In this document: piece by piece, positions 35,100-38,790 of the stretch | How positions within the stretch are numbered: position 1 is the stretch's first letter | Layout of the letters: each line of letters begins with the position of its first letter | IMG/VR virus record: IMGVR_UViG_3300049042_000212 | Location: 1 to 38,790 of that record | Length of the DNA: 38,790 bases | Source: a virus | Lineage: Duplodnaviria > Caudoviricetes | Reading direction: 5' to 3' (one strand) | The notes under the pieces: model-generated | The model's input: only the letters and a program-made list of their open reading frames with translations | What the model was told of the DNA's origin: nothing | The model's database searches: none | Program-made: the position numbers and the translations under genes

Positions 35100-36595
35100 T
35101 GTATCCCCCTTTCCACGCTCGAAAGCAGCTCCGCGACCCGTTCTTCGACCGTTTTTGCCCCTTCTGAGTCCCATTTTCCAACGAAATCGCACAGGATTTC
35201 GTCCGTTCTGACCTCCGCTCTCGTGTCTCCGAGCGCCTGTAAATAGGCGAGAACTGCCGGTCTGAGCCCGTCGATAATGACTTTTTCCTGTGATTTTGCC
35301 GACTTTTTCGACCTTGAGACCCTGTCTGAGTACCTCTCGACGAGCTGCGAAAGCACCGGCTTCAGGAAAGTCGCGTCTCGCACCGCCGCCGGTTCCTCTG
35401 CGACCTGCTGATCTGTCGCTGCGTCGACCATATTGAGCGGGACGAGGTACTGTTGACCCGCTCCGTCGGGAAGAGGTTCCATGTTTTCGAGCTTTCTGAC
35501 GTCGTCAGCCGAGAGCCATCCCCACTGACGCCCGATAGAGTATGCCGAGTAGCGACTTTGGATGTCTCCGCGCAGAAGCCCGTCGACCAAGAACTCGCAA
35601 TAATGAGTCCTCCGCTCCGTCTCGTCGAGGAGCCTCGTCGCTATCGCCTGCTCCCACCGTCTGAGCCAGGGAAGGAGCGTGTGCTGCACGAACTCAAGAG
35701 ACTGATGCTCGATGTTTGAGAAAGTTGCCCGCTCCAAGTGTCCGATCAAGTGCGGAGGGACTCGGAAAATCCTTGCGACCTCTTCGATCTGGAACTTCCG
35801 GCTTTCGATGAACTGCGTGTCCTGATTCGACACCCCGACCCGCTGCCACTGCATCCCCTCTTCGAGAATCGCGACTTTGTGCGCATTCTTCAGCCCTGCG
35901 TGAGCCTGCTGCCAGCTTTCTTTCAGCCGTTTGTGACTGTCGTCGGAGAGCTTCCCAGGATGTTGCAGGATTCCTCCAGGCTTCGCGTCGTTCGCGAAGA
36001 CCCGAGCGCCGAACTCCTCCGCTGCGAGCGCAAGCCCGACAGCCGTTCTCGCGTAAGTTATGGGACTGACTCCGACCAGCCCGTCAGTCGCAAGCCCCTT
36101 CAGATGGAAGATGTCCGTGTCTGCGTAGCGTAGAAGCTGCCCAGTTCTGTCTCTGAACTCGTAGACGACTTCTCCCGTGTCCTGAAGTCGAGGAGTCACC
36201 CTCGTCGGATTGAGAGGAACAAGCTCCGAGACCTCTCCGCGCCCGTTGTAGACCTTGAGCGCGTAGCCGTTACCGCGAAGAAGACAGTGAGCCATCAGCA
36301 TTTCGCGGAACTCGAACGCGGTCTGATAGCGGTTCGGCTTCGTCTGCATAAGCTGATAGGTCGAAAGAGAGACGTCGCGCTCTCTTCCTGTAGCCGTTCG
36401 GCGATAGACTATGAAAGGAAGCCCAGCGACGGTCTCTGCCAGGACTCTGACGCAAGCCAGGACAGCCGTCGAAGTGATCGCCGTGTCTGGTGTGACGGTA
36501 GTTCCCGCAGCCGTTTCCCCTCCGAAGAAGGAAAGCCAGTCGCTTGAAGACTCGAAATATCGTTTTTCAGGTTTTAACCACTTGAGCAGTCGCAT
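35096..36595 (-). CDS. HK97-family portal protein
   Basis: AVLACVRVLAETVA, LLRGNGY, GVSPI, EEVARIFRVPPHLIG; likely start MRLLKW with GAGG RBS. Confidence 0.95.
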   Translation of the reverse strand: MRLLKWLKPEKRYFESSSDWLSFFGGETAAGTTVTPDTAITSTAVLACVRVLAETVAGLPFIVYRRTATGRERDVSLSTYQLMQTKPNRYQTAFEFREMLMAHCLLRGNGYALKVYNGRGEVSELVPLNPTRVTPRLQDTGEVVYEFRDRTGQLLRYADTDIFHLKGLATDGLVGVSPITYARTAVGLALAAEEFGARVFANDAKPGGILQHPGKLSDDSHKRLKESWQQAHAGLKNAHKVAILEEGMQWQRVGVSNQDTQFIESRKFQIEEVARIFRVPPHLIGHLERATFSNIEHQSLEFVQHTLLPWLRRWEQAIATRLLDETERRTHYCEFLVDGLLRGDIQSRYSAYSIGRQWGWLSADDVRKLENMEPLPDGAGQQYLVPLNMVDAATDQQVAEEPAAVRDATFLKPVLSQLVERYSDRVSRSKKSAKSQEKVIIDGLRPAVLAYLQALGDTRAEVRTDEILCDFVGKWDSEGAKTVEERVAELLSSVERGIQ

Positions 36596-36647
36596 CTCGC
36601 CCTCGAAGACGTTTAGACCCCATCTTAAAGCAGCGGAGCCGTTCCCC

Positions 36648-36659
36648 ATATACCCGCAG
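36648..36659 (-). promoter_or_regulatory. Putative late-promoter motif copy (CTGCGGGTATAT) upstream of the portal
   Basis: In the terL-portal gap. Confidence 0.6.
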
Positions 36660-36661
36660 AC

Positions 36662-38263
36662 CTAAAGCATCAGCAGCCCTCGCTCCTGGTAGACTGAAGG
36701 TCCGGTCTGCGGTCTGCTGATAGCCACCCCGAGCGCGTTGACGAGAGCGACGACACCGTCGATCTTCTCTTTCGAGCGCCTCTTCGACGGCTTTATATTG
36801 CCCGCCGCATCCTGCTCGACTGCCACGTTCGAGACCATCCACCGGAAGACAGGACAGCCGACGTGATGAATCTTCTCGCTCAGTATCAGAGCGTTCAGCT
36901 CTTTCATCGGAGCAGACATCGAAGCGAAGCCCTGACCAAAGAAAGCGACCTCGAAGTCGTCGCCCTGAAGCTGAGTCGCAAGCTGAGTCGCGTTCCAGCG
37001 GTCGATGACGATCTGCGTGATCTTGAAGCGCTCGCGCCAGCCCGCGAAAGCCTTTCGGATGAAATCATAGTCGCAGACCGCCCCTGGTGTTGTCTGAATG
37101 AATCCCTGCTGAGTCCAGACGTCATAAGAGACGCGGTCTCTCTTCGTTCTGAGCGCGACTGTGTCCTTCGGGACGAAGAACTGAGGAAGCATCCGATAGC
37201 TGCCATCCCCCCACGGGAATAGGAGAGTGACAGCCGTCACGTCGGTCGTCGTCGCAAGGTCGACTCCTGCGATACACTCGCGCCCCTCCAGCTCTTCGAG
37301 CTTGAAATCGCGTCGGCAAGCGTCCCACTTTTCGATAGGAAGCCAGCGAGAATCCTGCTCCGTCCAGATGTTTAAGTGCAAGCGCTTGAAGGTATTCTCG
37401 TATGCGACGACTTCGCTCGCCTTGAGTGCCTGCTCTTTCAAGTATGCCGGTTGAACCGTGACCCCGTAGTTCGGATTCGCCTTCCTCCAGGTCGATTCGA
37501 GCTTCCAGTCGTCTGTAGGTTCTGCTGCAAAGACGACCCCAAGGAAGGAAGGATCGCGGATGATTCCCTTCGAGACCTTCTCCGCGTAGTCGTGGTACTC
37601 CCAGCAGATTGAGTTCTTGTCGTAGCCCGCAGTCGTGAGGAAAATCGTCATAGGTTGCTGACGATACGCCATCGAAGTCGTGAGAACGTCTGTCAGCTCT
37701 CGATTCGGTTGCGCGTGAAGCTCGTCGATGACGACCGCGCTCAAGTTTGCGCCGTGTTTCGTGTTAGCCTCCGCGCTGATGACTTTGTAGGTCGAAGCGG
37801 TCGAGTGAACGACCAGAGAGCGCTTGAAGATTTCGATTCGGTTCTTGAGCTTAGGGTTAGCGAGAACCATCTGCTTCGCGGTCTCGAAGACGATAGCTGC
37901 CTGATCTGTGTCTGCCGCAGCCGACATCACCTCCGCGCCGACCTCTCCGTCAGCGTCCAGAAGGTAGAGAGCCAGCCCCGAGCCGAAAGCGCTCTTCCCG
38001 TTCTTTCGCGGTATCTCCAGATAGAGAGTCCTGTATTTCCGCAAGCCGGTCTCCCTCGATTTCCACCCGAAGAGTCGCCGGAGGAGCTTTCGCTGCCAGC
38101 GCTGAAGGATGAAAGGTTGCCCCGCTGCCTCTCCCTTCGAGTGAACCAGCTCCCGCTCGAAGAAGCGCACGACTCGCGCCGCCGCTTTCTTGTCGAAGAA
38201 GTACCCCTCGAAGTCTCTCTTTCGCTCGCTAATACTCATCATCGTCGTCGCCATAAGGATCAA
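36662..38263 (-). CDS. terL: Terminase large subunit (HK97/Terminase_1 type)
   Basis: Walker A EIPRKNGKS, Walker B VVIDELH, nuclease GVDLA and KIDGVVA. Confidence 0.96.
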   Translation of the reverse strand: MILMATTMMSISERKRDFEGYFFDKKAAARVVRFFERELVHSKGEAAGQPFILQRWQRKLLRRLFGWKSRETGLRKYRTLYLEIPRKNGKSAFGSGLALYLLDADGEVGAEVMSAAADTDQAAIVFETAKQMVLANPKLKNRIEIFKRSLVVHSTASTYKVISAEANTKHGANLSAVVIDELHAQPNRELTDVLTTSMAYRQQPMTIFLTTAGYDKNSICWEYHDYAEKVSKGIIRDPSFLGVVFAAEPTDDWKLESTWRKANPNYGVTVQPAYLKEQALKASEVVAYENTFKRLHLNIWTEQDSRWLPIEKWDACRRDFKLEELEGRECIAGVDLATTTDVTAVTLLFPWGDGSYRMLPQFFVPKDTVALRTKRDRVSYDVWTQQGFIQTTPGAVCDYDFIRKAFAGWRERFKITQIVIDRWNATQLATQLQGDDFEVAFFGQGFASMSAPMKELNALILSEKIHHVGCPVFRWMVSNVAVEQDAAGNIKPSKRRSKEKIDGVVALVNALGVAISRPQTGPSVYQERGLLML

Positions 38264-38723
38264 GCACCTTCTCCGGCTTGTCAGTTGTGAGGAGCGCGAC
38301 CATCCTGACGCGACTTGCAGGAGTCATCCCGAATTCGCGCTCCAGTCGAAGCAGTCGGTCGAGCGCCCTGTCCCTGACTGCCACCCAAGGATTCGGGACG
38401 AAATAGCTGAACTGCCCTTTCGCGTCCTTGACCGGAAAGACGAACTTCCCTCCGATCTCCGAGTCTGCTTTTCGGTATTCGAGCAGCAGTCGGATGTAGC
38501 GATTGAACGCCTCGACATCGACCGCCGTCATCAAACCGCAGTTGATTAGCTCCTTGCTGAGCGCTGAAAAGACGCGCTTCCCCTCTTCCGGAAGGTCTTC
38601 CGGAGGTTCGATCTTCGTCAGCTTCGACGGCTTCGGTTCGTTGCGATTGATCGGAAGTCTTCCAGGGTTGCCCTCTAGGATTCTGACCGCTGTCGGCTTT
38701 GGTGGTGGTCCTCGTAAACCCAT
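38229..38723 (-). CDS. terS: Terminase small subunit, P27 family
   Basis: GPPPKPTAVRILEGNPG..NPW..EFGMTPASR. Confidence 0.93.
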   Translation of the reverse strand: MGLRGPPPKPTAVRILEGNPGRLPINRNEPKPSKLTKIEPPEDLPEEGKRVFSALSKELINCGLMTAVDVEAFNRYIRLLLEYRKADSEIGGKFVFPVKDAKGQFSYFVPNPWVAVRDRALDRLLRLEREFGMTPASRVRMVALLTTDKPEKVLDPYGDDDDEY

Positions 38724-38790
38724 AAATCATCTAATGTTTTACCTGACGAGACCCCCCTCCCGTCAAAACCCTCGAACGCGTGTAAAAGGC

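Larger units (their letters stand above)
1..38790 (-). mobile_element. Temperate siphophage (HK97-like head, non-contractile tail), apparently near-complete genome
   Basis: Full set of packaging, head, tail, lysis, lysogeny and replication genes. HNH at one end and terS at the other are normally adjacent across cos. No host genes seen. Confidence 0.92.

Noticed and set aside
1-38790. tRNA, rRNA, or anti-defence/toxin cargo genes
   Set aside because: No cloverleaf or recognisable defence/anti-defence motifs seen by eye; tRNAscan-SE and DefenseFinder/AntiDefenseFinder would be needed to exclude them.

Overview
The window looks like an essentially complete ~38.8 kb temperate siphophage genome with an HK97-type head, opened near the predicted cos region. 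Almost all genes lie on the minus strand. Reading from 38790 down, the order is: terS, terL, portal, protease, major capsid, connectors, tail tube, chaperones (-1 frameshift), tape measure, Dit, hub, tip, collar fibre, SLT endolysin cassette, ParB-DNA methyltransferase (in-frame TAG), a single plus-strand XRE repressor, tyrosine recombinase, early genes (YqaJ exonuclease plus partner, AlpA), DUF4373 initiator with iterons plus helicase loader, an AT-richer ~7 kb extra virion-appendage module, a holin-like gene, RusA and HNH. Main observations: (1) a same-orientation 12-bp motif (CTGMGGGTATMG-like) in front of eight late units, with no recognisable activator gene; (2) the displaced six-gene appendage module; (3) a ~62-aa domain inserted three times into two unrelated virion proteins; (4) near-total GGCC avoidance outside the accessory DNA; (5) a highly structured major-capsid leader containing an unannotated small ORF. 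All calls come from reading the sequence by eye; no searches were run.
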